This document shows positions 16,563-26,385 of a stretch of 64,000 bases of DNA, in pieces. Origin of the DNA: Candidatus Fervidifonticultor tertius (GTDB lineage: Bacteria > Sysuimicrobiota > Sysuimicrobiia > Sysuimicrobiales > Humicultoraceae); NCBI GenBank assembly GCA_031459235.1, contig JAVKIY010000005.1, positions 6,559-70,558 on the forward strand, written 5' to 3'. The notes under the pieces were generated by a model. The model made no database searches. It was not told the DNA's origin and was given only the letters and a program-made list of their open reading frames with translations. The position numbers and the translations under genes are program-made. The number at the start of each line of letters is the position of its first letter. Positions within the stretch are counted from its first letter, which is position 1.

Positions 16563-17537
16563 GAACAGATCGTCGGCCAGGTAGTCCCGCAGCGCCTCGC
16601 CGCGCAGCCCGTTGCCCAGCCCGACCGCCAGCCGTAGCCGCGCCTTGTGACCGGGCAGGTCGTGGACGAAGGCGACCCCGCGGCGTTGCAGGTCGCGGAA
16701 CGCGCCCTCGTACCCGTAGGCGTCCCACATCGCGCCGGCGTGGCAGCGGGTCGTCGCCACGACCGCCACCCCGCCGGCGATCGCCTGGTCGATCGCCGGC
16801 AGCAGCGCGGGTGGGACCCGGCCGCCGCCGAAGGCCTCGAGCACGATGCCGCGCGCGCCCGAGGCCAGGCTGCAGCGGATGAACCGGTCGTCGGCATCCA
16901 CCGCCAGCCGGATCAAGTCCACGGCGGGTTCCAGGCGATTGGGCAGCACGCGTCGCGGTACCGGCGCGGTCACGAACGCGATCCGATCGCCGTAGCAGAG
17001 GCCGGCCGGCCCGGTCACCGGCGAGCGGTACGTGTCCTCCTTCTGCCCGTTGGTCTTGGTGACCCAGCGAGCCGAGTGCACCTCCTCGTTGAGCACCACG
17101 AGCACGCCGCGGCCGCGCGCGCCCGGCGCAGCCGCGGTGCGGATGGCATCGTAGAGGTTCCGGTAGCCGTCGAAGCCGATCTGCGAGGCGTTGCGCATCG
17201 CGCCGGTGAAGACGACCGGGACCTCCCCGGGGACCGTGAGGTGCAGGTAGTACGCCGTCTCCTCCAGCGTGTCGGTGCCGTGCGTCACGACGATCCCGTC
17301 GGTGCCGGGACGCGCCGCCAGCGCCGCGACGCGGTCGGCGAGGTCACGGATCATCGCCAGCGTGACGTGGGCGCCGGGCACGAACGCGAACTCCTCCACC
17401 TCGACCGTGGCCACGGCGTCCAGCCCCGGGATCTCGCGCAGCAGGTCGGCGCCCCGCAGCGCCGGCCGCGCGCCCCGGCCGTCGGTATCGCGCGTGGAGA
17501 TGGTGCCGCCGGTTGTGACGACCACGATGTGGGGCAT
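16560..17537 (-). CDS. L-asparaginase/glutaminase family amidohydrolase
   Basis: VTTGGTIS, VVTHGTDTLEETAY, VFTGAMR. SD GGAGG. Confidence 0.92.
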   Translation of the reverse strand: MPHIVVVTTGGTISTRDTDGRGARPALRGADLLREIPGLDAVATVEVEEFAFVPGAHVTLAMIRDLADRVAALAARPGTDGIVVTHGTDTLEETAYYLHLTVPGEVPVVFTGAMRNASQIGFDGYRNLYDAIRTAAAPGARGRGVLVVLNEEVHSARWVTKTNGQKEDTYRSPVTGPAGLCYGDRIAFVTAPVPRRVLPNRLEPAVDLIRLAVDADDRFIRCSLASGARGIVLEAFGGGRVPPALLPAIDQAIAGGVAVVATTRCHAGAMWDAYGYEGAFRDLQRRGVAFVHDLPGHKARLRLAVGLGNGLRGEALRDYLADDLF

Positions 17538-17648
17538 ACTAGCCTCCGAGGGCCCGCCCCGCGCATCGGGCGCCGGCGGCGGGTGGTACCACACCCTTTG
17601 ATACGCGGGCGCGGGCGTCCTGCGCCCGCGCGAGCGAGGGGGTGCGCG

Positions 17649-18236
17649 ATGCGCAGGCGTGTCAGGGTCATCGCGGCGGCGGGGCTGGCGTTCGCCCTGA
17701 TCGGCGCGCCCGCGCTCGCCCAGCCCGAGGGGCCGGGCAGCGGGGGCGCGCCCGGGCCGGGCAGCCGGGTGCTCGGAGACGGGTTGATCGTGCCGGGCCA
17801 GCGCATCGGCCCGGCGCGGCTCGCCATGACCGTCGAGCAGATCATCGCGGCGGTGGGCCGGCCGCCCACGCGCGACGAGTTCCCCGCCGACGGGGTCGTG
17901 CTCTACGAGTGGCGCGAGGAAGGCCTGTGGGTCTCACAGGTCGCGGGCACCGGCCGCATCCGGGTGATCAGCGTCTTTGGCACCTCCGATCGCTACCGCA
18001 CCGACCGCGGTGTCGTCCTGCTGACGCCACGCGCGCGCATCGAGGCGGTCTACGGCCGGGGCTTTCGCGCCTACGACTACCCGGCGGAGGGCATCACGCT
18101 GCTCCGCTACCACGCGCTCGGGCTGCAGTTCGGCATCGTGAACCAGCCGTCCAACCCGACCATCCACGGCCGCGCGTTCCAGATCGGCGTGTTCCGCCCG
18201 GGCGACCTGCCGCCGGTGCGGCGGCCGGCGCCCTAG
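17649..18236 (+). CDS. Secreted hypothetical protein
   Basis: SD GAGGGGG and signal peptide MRRRVRVIAAAGLAFALIGAPALA. Contains IVPGQRIG..LAMT.EQI and YRTDRGV...IEAVYG units. Confidence 0.8.
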   Translation: MRRRVRVIAAAGLAFALIGAPALAQPEGPGSGGAPGPGSRVLGDGLIVPGQRIGPARLAMTVEQIIAAVGRPPTRDEFPADGVVLYEWREEGLWVSQVAGTGRIRVISVFGTSDRYRTDRGVVLLTPRARIEAVYGRGFRAYDYPAEGITLLRYHALGLQFGIVNQPSNPTIHGRAFQIGVFRPGDLPPVRRPAP

Positions 18237-18260
18237 CGCGGCGCTGGCGGTCCCTCGTCC

Positions 18261-19754
18261 TCAGTAGAGGTTCCCGGTGCGCGGGACGCCCGTGTAGTCC
18301 AGGTAGACGACCTTCAGCTCGCTGTAGAAGTCGATCGCCACGCTGCCCTGCTCGCGTGGGCCGACGCCCGTGGCTTTGGTCCCGCCGAAGGGCAGGTGGG
18401 CCTCGCCGCCGACCGTCGGGTTGTTGACGTGGACGATGCCGACCTCGCTGCGGTCCACGAACCGCATCGCCGCGCCGACGTCGCGCGTGTAGACGGAGGA
18501 CGCCAGGCCGTAGGGCACCGCGTTGGCCGCCTCGAGCGCCGCGTCGAAGTCGGGCACGCGGCAGACCGCGAGCACCGGCCCGAAGATCTCCTCCTGGAAG
18601 ATACGCATGGACGGGGTGACGTGGTCGAAGACGGTCGGCGCGACGAACCAACCGGCCGCCAGCGCGCCGTCGGTCAGCCGCCGGCCGCCGGTGAGCAGCC
18701 GGGCACCCTCGCGGACGCCGATGTCGATGTAGTCGAGCACGGTGCGCATCTGGGCCTCGTCCACCGACGGCCCCACCTCGGTGGACGGCTGCAGTCCGTC
18801 GCCCACGACCAGGCGCGCGGCGCGGGCGACGACCTCCTCCACGAAGCGGTCCGCGATGCCCGGGGTGACGATGACGCGGCTGGTGGCTGTACACCGCTGG
18901 CCGGTGCTCCCGTAGGCGCCCTGGATCGTCCCGGTGACAGCCAGCTCCAGGTCCGCGTCGTCGAGCACCACCACGGGGTTCTTGCCGCCCATCTCCGCCT
19001 GCACGCGCATGCCCGCCGCCGCGGCCTGGCGGTAGAGGCGCGTGCCGATCTCGTTGGAGCCGGTGAACGACACCGCCCGCACCGCGGGGTGCGTGAGGAG
19101 CTCCTCGCCCACGGTGCCGCCCGGACCGATGACCATGTTCACCACGCCCGGCGGCATGCCGGCTTCGTGAAAGATCTCCATCAAGACCGAGGCGGTCCAC
19201 GGGGTGAGCGTGGCCGGCTTGAGCACCACCGTGTTGCCACACACCAGCGCCGGCGCCAGCTTCCAGATCGGGATCGCCACCGGGAAGTTCCAAGGGGTGA
19301 TCAGCGCCACCACCCCGAGCGGCTCGCGCTTCGTGTAGGTGAACGTATCGGGCCGCTCGCTGGGGAGCGTCTCGCCGCGCAGCCGGCGGCCCTCCCCGGC
19401 GATGTACTCGAGGATGTTGCGGCTGCGCTGGAGCTCACCCGTGGCCTCGGCCAGGGTCTTGCCCTCCTCGCGCGTGAGGATCTCGGCCAGCCGCGGGAGC
19501 TCGCGCTCGAAGAGCTCGAGCACGCGGAAGAGCATCCGGCCGCGCACCGGCCCGGGCGTATCGCGCCAGGCGGGGAAAGCCGCGGCGGCGGCCTCGATCG
19601 CCGCGGCCGCCTCCTCGCGGCTCGACTGCGGCACCTGGCCGAGCACCTCGCCGGTCGCCGGATTGCGGTTCGTGACGAAGCGGGTCGCGGCGGACTCCTG
19701 CCAGCGGCCGGCGATGAAGTTGCGATAGGTGTGCGTCCCGGCGGTGATAGCCAT
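18261..19754 (-). CDS. NAD(P)-dependent aldehyde dehydrogenase (KGSA-dehydrogenase-like)
   Basis: ITPWNFP, SFTGS, EMGGKNP, GQRCTA, EEIFGPV. Confidence 0.95.
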   Translation of the reverse strand: MAITAGTHTYRNFIAGRWQESAATRFVTNRNPATGEVLGQVPQSSREEAAAAIEAAAAAFPAWRDTPGPVRGRMLFRVLELFERELPRLAEILTREEGKTLAEATGELQRSRNILEYIAGEGRRLRGETLPSERPDTFTYTKREPLGVVALITPWNFPVAIPIWKLAPALVCGNTVVLKPATLTPWTASVLMEIFHEAGMPPGVVNMVIGPGGTVGEELLTHPAVRAVSFTGSNEIGTRLYRQAAAAGMRVQAEMGGKNPVVVLDDADLELAVTGTIQGAYGSTGQRCTATSRVIVTPGIADRFVEEVVARAARLVVGDGLQPSTEVGPSVDEAQMRTVLDYIDIGVREGARLLTGGRRLTDGALAAGWFVAPTVFDHVTPSMRIFQEEIFGPVLAVCRVPDFDAALEAANAVPYGLASSVYTRDVGAAMRFVDRSEVGIVHVNNPTVGGEAHLPFGGTKATGVGPREQGSVAIDFYSELKVVYLDYTGVPRTGNLY

Positions 19755-19837
19755 GGGGAACCCCTCCTCTGCCGCGCCCGAATCGGGGGAAACTTCCGGG
19801 CAGGTTCTACGGACGGGCCCGCCGGTCCTCGCGGCGG

Positions 19838-20773
19838 CTACCGGAGGAGGGCGTAGGCCTCGAAGAGCACGGACGCGATCAGCGAGGCGGCGGCCACGCT
19901 GGCCAGCCAGGTGGCGGGGATGAGCCAGAGCAGCCTCCGGTTGACGGCCATCATGCCCTTGGTCAGCCCCACCCCGGCGACGGCGCCCACGATCGCCTGC
20001 GAGGTGGAAACCGGCACCCCGACCTGCGTGAAGACGTGGGTGGTGAGCGCGGTCGCGGTCGCGGCGACCAGGGCCGAGACCGGGTCGAGCGCCGTGATCT
20101 GCTTGCCGACCAGCATGATGACGCGTCGGCTGAATGTGAGCACGCCCGAGGCGATCGCCACCCCGCCGAGCACCGCGCCCGCGGCCGGGCTGACGAGCCC
20201 CACCGCCACGAAGGGCGCCATGGCGTTGCCCACGTTGTTCGACCCAAGCGCGTACGCCGCGTAGCAACCGACCAGGACCCCGGCGACCCGGACCGTCTGC
20301 TGGAACGCCAGGGTCCCGCCCAGCCGGCGGGCCGAGAGCGCCGCGAGCGCGCGGTACAGCACGTAGGCGATCGCCCCGGCCCCGAGTGGGGCGGTCACCA
20401 TTGAGGCCACCACCCTGACCAGCGACGGCGCGTGGAACCCGGTCCGCTGGATCAGCCCCACCGCGACCAGCGCGCCGACGATCGCGTGCGAGGTCGAGAT
20501 CGGGACCCCGTAGAGCGTGAGGACATTCACGACGACCGCCGCGGACAGCGCGGCCACCACGCTCATCTCCAGGCTGAGCGGCGTCAGCCGGCCCAGCACA
20601 CCGAAGACCTTCTGGCCTTCCACCACCGCGCCCAGGAAGGTGAAGATCGCGGCCAGCACGATTGCGCGGCGATAGGAGATGATGTTGGCGCCGATCTGCG
20701 GGCCGAAGGTGTTGGCCGCGTCGTTGGCGCCGACACCCCAGCCCAGGTAGAGCCCCGGCAGCAGGGCGAGCAT
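19838..20773 (-). CDS. PiT-family inorganic phosphate transporter
   Basis: GANDAAN, PISTSHAIVG, GSNNVGNA, PVSTSQAIVG repeats. Confidence 0.93.
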   Translation of the reverse strand: MLALLPGLYLGWGVGANDAANTFGPQIGANIISYRRAIVLAAIFTFLGAVVEGQKVFGVLGRLTPLSLEMSVVAALSAAVVVNVLTLYGVPISTSHAIVGALVAVGLIQRTGFHAPSLVRVVASMVTAPLGAGAIAYVLYRALAALSARRLGGTLAFQQTVRVAGVLVGCYAAYALGSNNVGNAMAPFVAVGLVSPAAGAVLGGVAIASGVLTFSRRVIMLVGKQITALDPVSALVAATATALTTHVFTQVGVPVSTSQAIVGAVAGVGLTKGMMAVNRRLLWLIPATWLASVAAASLIASVLFEAYALLR

Positions 20774-20783
20774 CGCCGGGGCG

Positions 20784-21452
20784 CTACAGGCTGGTCCCGA
20801 TGTGCAGGATCTCCAGGCGGTCCCCCGTGTCCTCGACCTGGTCGGAGATCTCGGTGAGCGTCTCCAGGAACTGCTTCTGGTGGATCTTGTGCGCCAGCGT
20901 CGCGCCCGACGTGAAGATCTGGCGCGTGAGCTTCCACTCAATGTCGTCGATCTCGGACTCGGTGACGCCCACGATGCGGAGCCGGTCACGCAGCACCCGC
21001 TCGTCGCCCGAACTGAAGAACGTCGTCACCGCGTCGTGCAGCGCCGCGAACGCGGCCTGCGTGCGCTCCGCGATCTGCCGCAGCGGCTCGGCGAGCTCCG
21101 CGGCCAGCTCGGGGCGCTGGCCCAGCAGGAAGTCGCACGTGGTCTCCGCGGCGTCAGCGACCATGTCCATGCGCTCCACGAACCCGTGGATGTCGGAACG
21201 GAAGATGGGCAGGAACGCGCCTCGGTAGAGCAGGTCGTTGACCGACCGGCGCAGGGCGTCGGCGTCGGTCTCCAGGTGGTCCACGTGGATGGCGCCGGCC
21301 TTCGCCGCCTCCAGCCGGCCCCCCAGGTAGTCGTCGAGCACCTCACGCGTGCGCGCCACGCACTCGCCGACCTTGTCCAGGTGCTGGAGGAGGAGCGTCC
21401 GGACCTCGCGCTCCCGGCCCTGTCCGAACAGAAACTGCACCGCCCGCGCCAT
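20784..21452 (-). CDS. DUF47/PhoU-like phosphate transport regulator
   Basis: LETDADALRR...LP..RSDI...MDMVAD and ESEIDDIE...ISDQVED. Directly upstream of the PiT gene. Confidence 0.88.
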   Translation of the reverse strand: MARAVQFLFGQGREREVRTLLLQHLDKVGECVARTREVLDDYLGGRLEAAKAGAIHVDHLETDADALRRSVNDLLYRGAFLPIFRSDIHGFVERMDMVADAAETTCDFLLGQRPELAAELAEPLRQIAERTQAAFAALHDAVTTFFSSGDERVLRDRLRIVGVTESEIDDIEWKLTRQIFTSGATLAHKIHQKQFLETLTEISDQVEDTGDRLEILHIGTSL

Positions 21453-21555
21453 GGGGTCCCTCCACCGCAGTTTTCCCCCGACCTCTTCGTCGGCGCCCGC
21501 GACGCGCCCTCCGGGGGAGGACCGTCGCGCGAGCGCCGCGAAGGGGGAGGAGCCC

Positions 21556-23901
21556 ATGGGCACGCGGTATTTCGGCGAACCGGTGCGGCGCCGCGAGGAC
21601 CCGCGCCTGCTGACCGGGCGGGGCACCTACGTGGACGACGTTCGGCCGCCGCTGCTCCTCCACGCGGCGGTGCTGCGCAGCCCGCACGCGCGCGCCCGCA
21701 TCAGCCGGCTCGACGCCTCGCGCGCGGCGGCGGCGCCGGGCGTCGCGCTCGTGCTCACGCACGCCGACCTGCCGCCGGCGCTGCGCGAGCCCCTGCCGCG
21801 GCTCATCCCCCACCCCGCGCTCGTCCACCACAAGACCCAGTACGCCCTGGCTCCGGGCCAGGTGCGGCACGTGGGCGAGCCCGTCGCGTTCGTGGTCGCC
21901 GAGAGCCGCTACCAGGCCGAGGACGCTCTCGACCTGATCGACGTCGCCTATGAGCCGCTGCCCGCGGTCACCGACCTGGAGGACGCGGTGCGGCCGGGCG
22001 CGCCGCTGGTGCACGACGACATGGGGACCAACGTGTGCGCCGAGTACACGCAGCGCGTGGGCGACCCCGACGCGGCGTTCGCGGCCGCGCCGCACGTCTT
22101 CCGCGAGCGGCTGCGCATGGACCGCGGCGCGGCGTCGCCCATCGAGACCCGCGGCGTGGTCGCGCTCTGGGACGCGCAGACGCGCGAGCTGGTGGTCTAC
22201 GACTCGACGCAGGCGCCCATCCGAATCCGCAACTACCTGGCGGCCCTGCTCGGGCTCCCGCAGAACCACGTCCGCGTGATCGCGCCCGACGTGGGCGGGG
22301 GCTTCGGCCCGAAGATCATGATGTGCTATCCGGAGGAGCTCCTGGTGCCGCACGCGGCGATGCGCCTGGGGCGGCCCGTCAAGTGGATCGAGGACCGCCG
22401 CGAGAACTTCGTCTCGATGAACCAGGAGCGCGAGCAGATCCACGACGCGGAGATCGCCGTGGACGCCGACGGCCGCATCCTGGCCGTGCGCACGCGGTTC
22501 CTCTACGACTCGGGCGCCTACATCCCCTACGGGATCATCGTGCCCATCGTCGCGAGCACGCAGCTCGTGGGGCCTTACCGCATCCCCAACTACGAGTGCA
22601 CCTTCAAAGCGGTCTTCACCAACAAGGTGATCGTGAGCCCCTACCGCGGCGCGGGCCGGCCGCACGGCTGCTTCGTCATGGAGCGGCTGATGGACCGGGT
22701 CGCCCGCGAGCTCGGGCTCGACCGCGCCGAGGTGCGGCGCCGGAACCTGATCCAGCCCCACGAGTTCCCCTACGACACCGGGCTGATCTTCCAGGACAAC
22801 GCCCCGCTCATCTACGACAGCGGAAACTACCCGGCGCTGTTCGCGCGCGCGCTCGAGCTGATCGACTACGAGGGCTGGCCGGCGGCCCAGGCCGCGGCGC
22901 GCCGCGAGGGCCGCGCGCTCGGCCTCGGGCTCGCGCTGTACGTGGAGGGCACGGGGATCGGCCCCTACGAGGGCTGCCGCGTCACCGTCGAGCCCAGCGG
23001 CAAGGTCTACGCCGCCACCAGCGTTGGCACCCAGGGCCAGGGACACTTCACGTCGTTCGCGCAGATCGTCGCCGATGCGCTCGGTGTGGACGTCGCGGAC
23101 GTGACGGTGACCACCGGCGATTCGGGCGCGTTCGGCTGGGGCACCGGCACGTTCGCGAGCCGGGCCGCGGTCGTGGCCGGCAACGCCGTGGCGCTCGCGG
23201 CCCGCGCGGTTCGCGACAAGGCGCTGCTCGTCGCGGCGCGGCTGCTCGAGGCCCGTCCCGAGGATATCGAGCTCGCCGGCGGCCGCGCCTTCGTCCGCGG
23301 CGCGCCCGCGCGGTCGGTGGCGCTCGGCGAGGTGGCCGTGGCCGCGAACCCGCTGCGCGGCACCATCCCCGCGGAGTGGGAAGGACCGGGGCTGGAGGCC
23401 TCCCGCTACTTCGCGCCGCCGCGCGGGACGTTCGCCGCGGGCTGCCACGCCGCCGTGGTGGAGGTGGACCGCGAGACCGGCGCGCTGCGTGTCCTGCGCT
23501 ACGTGGTCGTGCACGACTGCGGCCCGATTATCAACCCGCTCATTCTGACCGGTCAGATCGAGGGCGGCGTCGCGCAGGGCATCGGCAACGCCTTCTACGA
23601 ACAGATCGTCTACGATCCCGACGGGCAGGTCCTGACCCAAACCTTCATGGACTACCTGCTGCCCACCGCCTCGGAGGTGCCGCCGGTGGAGATCGCGCAC
23701 ATCGAGACCCCCTCGCCGCTGAACCCGCTGGGCGTCAAGGGGGCGGGTGAGGCCGGTGTCATCCCGGTCCCGGCAACGATCGCCTCGGCGATCGACGACG
23801 CGCTGGGAACCCGGATCACGCAGATGCCGCTGTCGCACCAGCGACTGCTTGAGCTGGCGCGGCGCGCGCCCGTGGGCGCGGCCGCTGGGGGCGCGGCGTG
23901 A
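21556..23901 (+). CDS. CoxL form-II-like molybdopterin large subunit, set 2 (PYRGAGRP)
   Basis: RREDPRLLTG, DVGGGFGPK, PYRGAGRP, GTFASR, KGAGEAG. Confidence 0.93.
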   Translation: MGTRYFGEPVRRREDPRLLTGRGTYVDDVRPPLLLHAAVLRSPHARARISRLDASRAAAAPGVALVLTHADLPPALREPLPRLIPHPALVHHKTQYALAPGQVRHVGEPVAFVVAESRYQAEDALDLIDVAYEPLPAVTDLEDAVRPGAPLVHDDMGTNVCAEYTQRVGDPDAAFAAAPHVFRERLRMDRGAASPIETRGVVALWDAQTRELVVYDSTQAPIRIRNYLAALLGLPQNHVRVIAPDVGGGFGPKIMMCYPEELLVPHAAMRLGRPVKWIEDRRENFVSMNQEREQIHDAEIAVDADGRILAVRTRFLYDSGAYIPYGIIVPIVASTQLVGPYRIPNYECTFKAVFTNKVIVSPYRGAGRPHGCFVMERLMDRVARELGLDRAEVRRRNLIQPHEFPYDTGLIFQDNAPLIYDSGNYPALFARALELIDYEGWPAAQAAARREGRALGLGLALYVEGTGIGPYEGCRVTVEPSGKVYAATSVGTQGQGHFTSFAQIVADALGVDVADVTVTTGDSGAFGWGTGTFASRAAVVAGNAVALAARAVRDKALLVAARLLEARPEDIELAGGRAFVRGAPARSVALGEVAVAANPLRGTIPAEWEGPGLEASRYFAPPRGTFAAGCHAAVVEVDRETGALRVLRYVVVHDCGPIINPLILTGQIEGGVAQGIGNAFYEQIVYDPDGQVLTQTFMDYLLPTASEVPPVEIAHIETPSPLNPLGVKGAGEAGVIPVPATIASAIDDALGTRITQMPLSHQRLLELARRAPVGAAAGGAA

Positions 23902-24773
23902 AGCCCGCGCCGTTTCGCTACGTGGCCCCGCGCACCCGCGCGGAGGCGCTCGACGCGCTGCGGCGGTACGGGTCGGACGCGAAGCTGCTCGCCGGCGGAC
24001 AGAGCCTGGTGCCGCTGCTGGCGATGCGGCTCGCACGTCCGGGGATCGTCATCGACCTCAACCGCATCGGTGACCTGGCCTACGTGCGGCCGGCGCGCGG
24101 GGGGGTGGCGATCGGGGCGATGACCCGGCAGCGCGCGGCCGAGGACGACCCGCTCATCGCGTCCCGGTACCCGCTGATGGTCGCGGCCTTGCGCTGGGTG
24201 GGCCACCCGCAGATCCGGACCCGCGGCACGATCGGCGGCAGCCTGGCGCACGCCGACCCCGCGGCCGAGCTCCCGGCGGTCGCCGCGGTGCTGGGCGCGC
24301 GCTTCGTGCTGGCGAACGCGCGGCGCGAGCGGATCGTGGACGCGGCCGACTTCTTCACCGGGTACCTGACGACGGCGCTCGGGCCAGACGAGATGCTGAC
24401 CGAGATCCGCCTCCCCCCACCGCCCGAACGGACCGGGTGGGCGTTCACCGAGGTCGCCCGCCGCCACGGTGACTTCGCCCTGGTCGGTGCGGCCGTACTG
24501 CTCGTCGGCGACGGCGAGGGCCGGTGCGCCGAAGCGCGCCTGGCGTTTGCGGGCGTGGGATACGGCCCGGTGCGTGTGCCCGAGGCGGAGCGTGCACTGG
24601 CCGGCGAGCGCGTGACCGAGGCGCTGGCCGCCGAGGTCCGCCGCATCGTCTCGCGCAGCGTCGAACCCGAGGGCGACATCCACGCGACGGCCGACTACCG
24701 CCGGCATGTCGCCGGCGTGCTGGCGGCGCGCGCCTTGATCGAAGCCGCCAGCCGTCTGGAGGTGCGAACATGA
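23898..24773 (+). CDS. FAD-binding medium subunit, set 2
   Basis: MKPAPF, LAGGQSLVP, IRTRGTIGGSLAHADPAAELP, RRHGDFA. Confidence 0.93.
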   Translation: MKPAPFRYVAPRTRAEALDALRRYGSDAKLLAGGQSLVPLLAMRLARPGIVIDLNRIGDLAYVRPARGGVAIGAMTRQRAAEDDPLIASRYPLMVAALRWVGHPQIRTRGTIGGSLAHADPAAELPAVAAVLGARFVLANARRERIVDAADFFTGYLTTALGPDEMLTEIRLPPPPERTGWAFTEVARRHGDFALVGAAVLLVGDGEGRCAEARLAFAGVGYGPVRVPEAERALAGERVTEALAAEVRRIVSRSVEPEGDIHATADYRRHVAGVLAARALIEAASRLEVRT

Positions 24774-25423
24774 AGCGAGCGCCGAAGAACGCGCGTCGGA
24801 GCCGGACAGCGGGCGCGTCCCGGCCAAGGCCCGGACGGGCACGGCGCCGCGCCCCGGGCGGGCGGAAGGTCGCGGGGCCGCGGGCGGCCGCGACCAGAGC
24901 GACAGCCGCCCTGCGGGGTCGCGCCGGGCGCCTCGTACCGGTCGGCGAGGCCGAGGTGCGCCTGGTGGTCAACGGCGCCGAGGTGCGCCGCACGGTCGAG
25001 GTGCGCCGGACGCTCGCGGACTTCCTGCGGGAGAACCTGGGCCTGACCGGTACGCACCTGGGCTGCGAGCACGGCGTCTGCGGTGCGTGCACCGTGCTCC
25101 TGGACGGCCAGCCCGTGCGGTCGTGCCTGCTGTTCGCGGTGCAGGCCACGGGCCACGAGGTCACGACGGTCGAGGCGCTCGGCACGCCCGAGGCGCTCTC
25201 ACCGCTGCAGCAGGCGTTTATGGACCACCACGGCCTGCAGTGCGGCTTCTGCACGCCGGGCATCCTGATGAGCGCCCATGCGCTGCTCCGCGACCGCCCC
25301 CGCGCCACCGAAGAGGAGATCCGCGAGATGCTCGGCGGCCACCTCTGCCGCTGCACCGGCTACCAGGGCATCCTCCGCGCGCTGCGCGCCGCCGCCGGCC
25401 TGCCACCGAACCCGGTGCACTGA
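24770..25423 (+). CDS. [2Fe-2S] small subunit, set 2, with Arg-rich N-terminal extension
   Basis: [32 protein letters not shown] overlap with SD GGAGGT; alternative GTG at 24956. Confidence 0.9.
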   Translation: MKRAPKNARRSRTAGASRPRPGRARRRAPGGRKVAGPRAAATRATAALRGRAGRLVPVGEAEVRLVVNGAEVRRTVEVRRTLADFLRENLGLTGTHLGCEHGVCGACTVLLDGQPVRSCLLFAVQATGHEVTTVEALGTPEALSPLQQAFMDHHGLQCGFCTPGILMSAHALLRDRPRATEEEIREMLGGHLCRCTGYQGILRALRAAAGLPPNPVH

Positions 25424-25443
25424 CCCGCAGCCGACGGGGCGCT

Positions 25444-25515
25444 GGCCATTGCATCGGATCCGTCCTCGGCGCGGTCCTGATCCTGGCCCTCTACCGCGCC
25501 GTCAGGAAGCCGTCA
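25444..25515 (+). pseudogene. C-terminal remnant of a GlsB/YeaQ/YmgE (transglycosylase-associated) membrane protein
   Basis: Reads GHCIGSVLGAVLILALYRAVRKP, like the last TM helix of that family, with no start codon or N-terminal part. Confidence 0.5.
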
Positions 25516-26384
25516 CGAGCATCGTCTTGCGCGCACGCTGGCTCCCGGCGCCGCTGGGCGGCTTCATCGGTGCCGCAGGTCGCGGGCGCGTGCTCGCCGC
25601 GTTCGCGCGCAGCGCCTACCTCGAGGTGCGCGGCGAGGTCGTGGCGCTGGCCGCCGCCGGCCTGGACCGCGGGCCGCTGGTGATCCTGGTGGACGGCTTC
25701 GACGGCGGGCGGCTGTCACCGGGTGACGAGGTGGCGCTCGCGGGCGGGCGGCTGCGCGTGGCCGCCTACGACATCGCGCTCGACGGCGCGGATCCGTGGG
25801 ACCCCACCCTGCCGACTCCTCCGGCCGGTGCGGTCTCGCGCCTGCCCGACGTGGAGCGTGCGCTCGCCCGAGGGGCGCCGCCAGAGAGCGCTGCGGCGCT
25901 GCTCGGGCACCCGCCGGCCGCGGTGTCCGCCCGGCACCGGCGGCTCCTTGACAGTCTTTGCGCAGGGCTCGCCGTCCTGGAAGACACGCTGCGAGGCCTC
26001 GACGCGTGCGGCGATCTCGCCGCAGCCGTGGGCCACATCGCCGGCCGGGGCCCGGGGCTCACGCCGTCGGGCGACGACGTGCTGGTCGGCGTCCTGCACG
26101 CGATGACAGCATGGCCCGCCCTCGCCGCAGCGGCGGGCGGCCCCGAGGTGCGACGCCGCATCGCCCGTGCGGCGAGTCCCCTGACCACGCGCATCAGCGC
26201 GGCCTACCTGCGGGCCGCATCCGAGGGATGGGCGGCCGAACCGTGGCACACGCTGGTGGGGGCGCTGGACGGGACGGACGAGGCGCTGGGGGCCGCGGTG
26301 GCGGCACTGCTTCGGGTGGGCGAGACATCCGGCGCCGACGCGTTGACCGGGTTCTGCTGGGCGGCGCGGAGGCTTGGCGCCTGA
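25512..26384 (+). CDS. DUF2877 protein (YlbF/YahE/AllH-like)
   Basis: GRGPGLTPSGDDVLVG and GETSGADALTG signatures. Start unclear (GTC at 25512 or TTG 25527). Confidence 0.85.
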   Translation, partial: VTSIVLRARWLPAPLGGFIGAAGRGRVLAAFARSAYLEVRGEVVALAAAGLDRGPLVILVDGFDGGRLSPGDEVALAGGRLRVAAYDIALDGADPWDPTLPTPPAGAVSRLPDVERALARGAPPESAAALLGHPPAAVSARHRRLLDSLCAGLAVLEDTLRGLDACGDLAAAVGHIAGRGPGLTPSGDDVLVGVLHAMTAWPALAAAAGGPEVRRRIARAASPLTTRISAAYLRAASEGWAAEPWHTLVGALDGTDEALGAAVAALLRVGETSGADALTGFCWAARRLGA

Positions 26385-26385
26385 G

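Noticed and set aside
21343-24036. Very long antisense or alternative-frame ORFs (e.g. 897 aa here, 977 aa at 29583-32516, 796 aa at 48009-50399)
   Set aside because: They are Arg/Ala/Gly/Pro-rich shadows of well-supported genes and are expected at this GC content.
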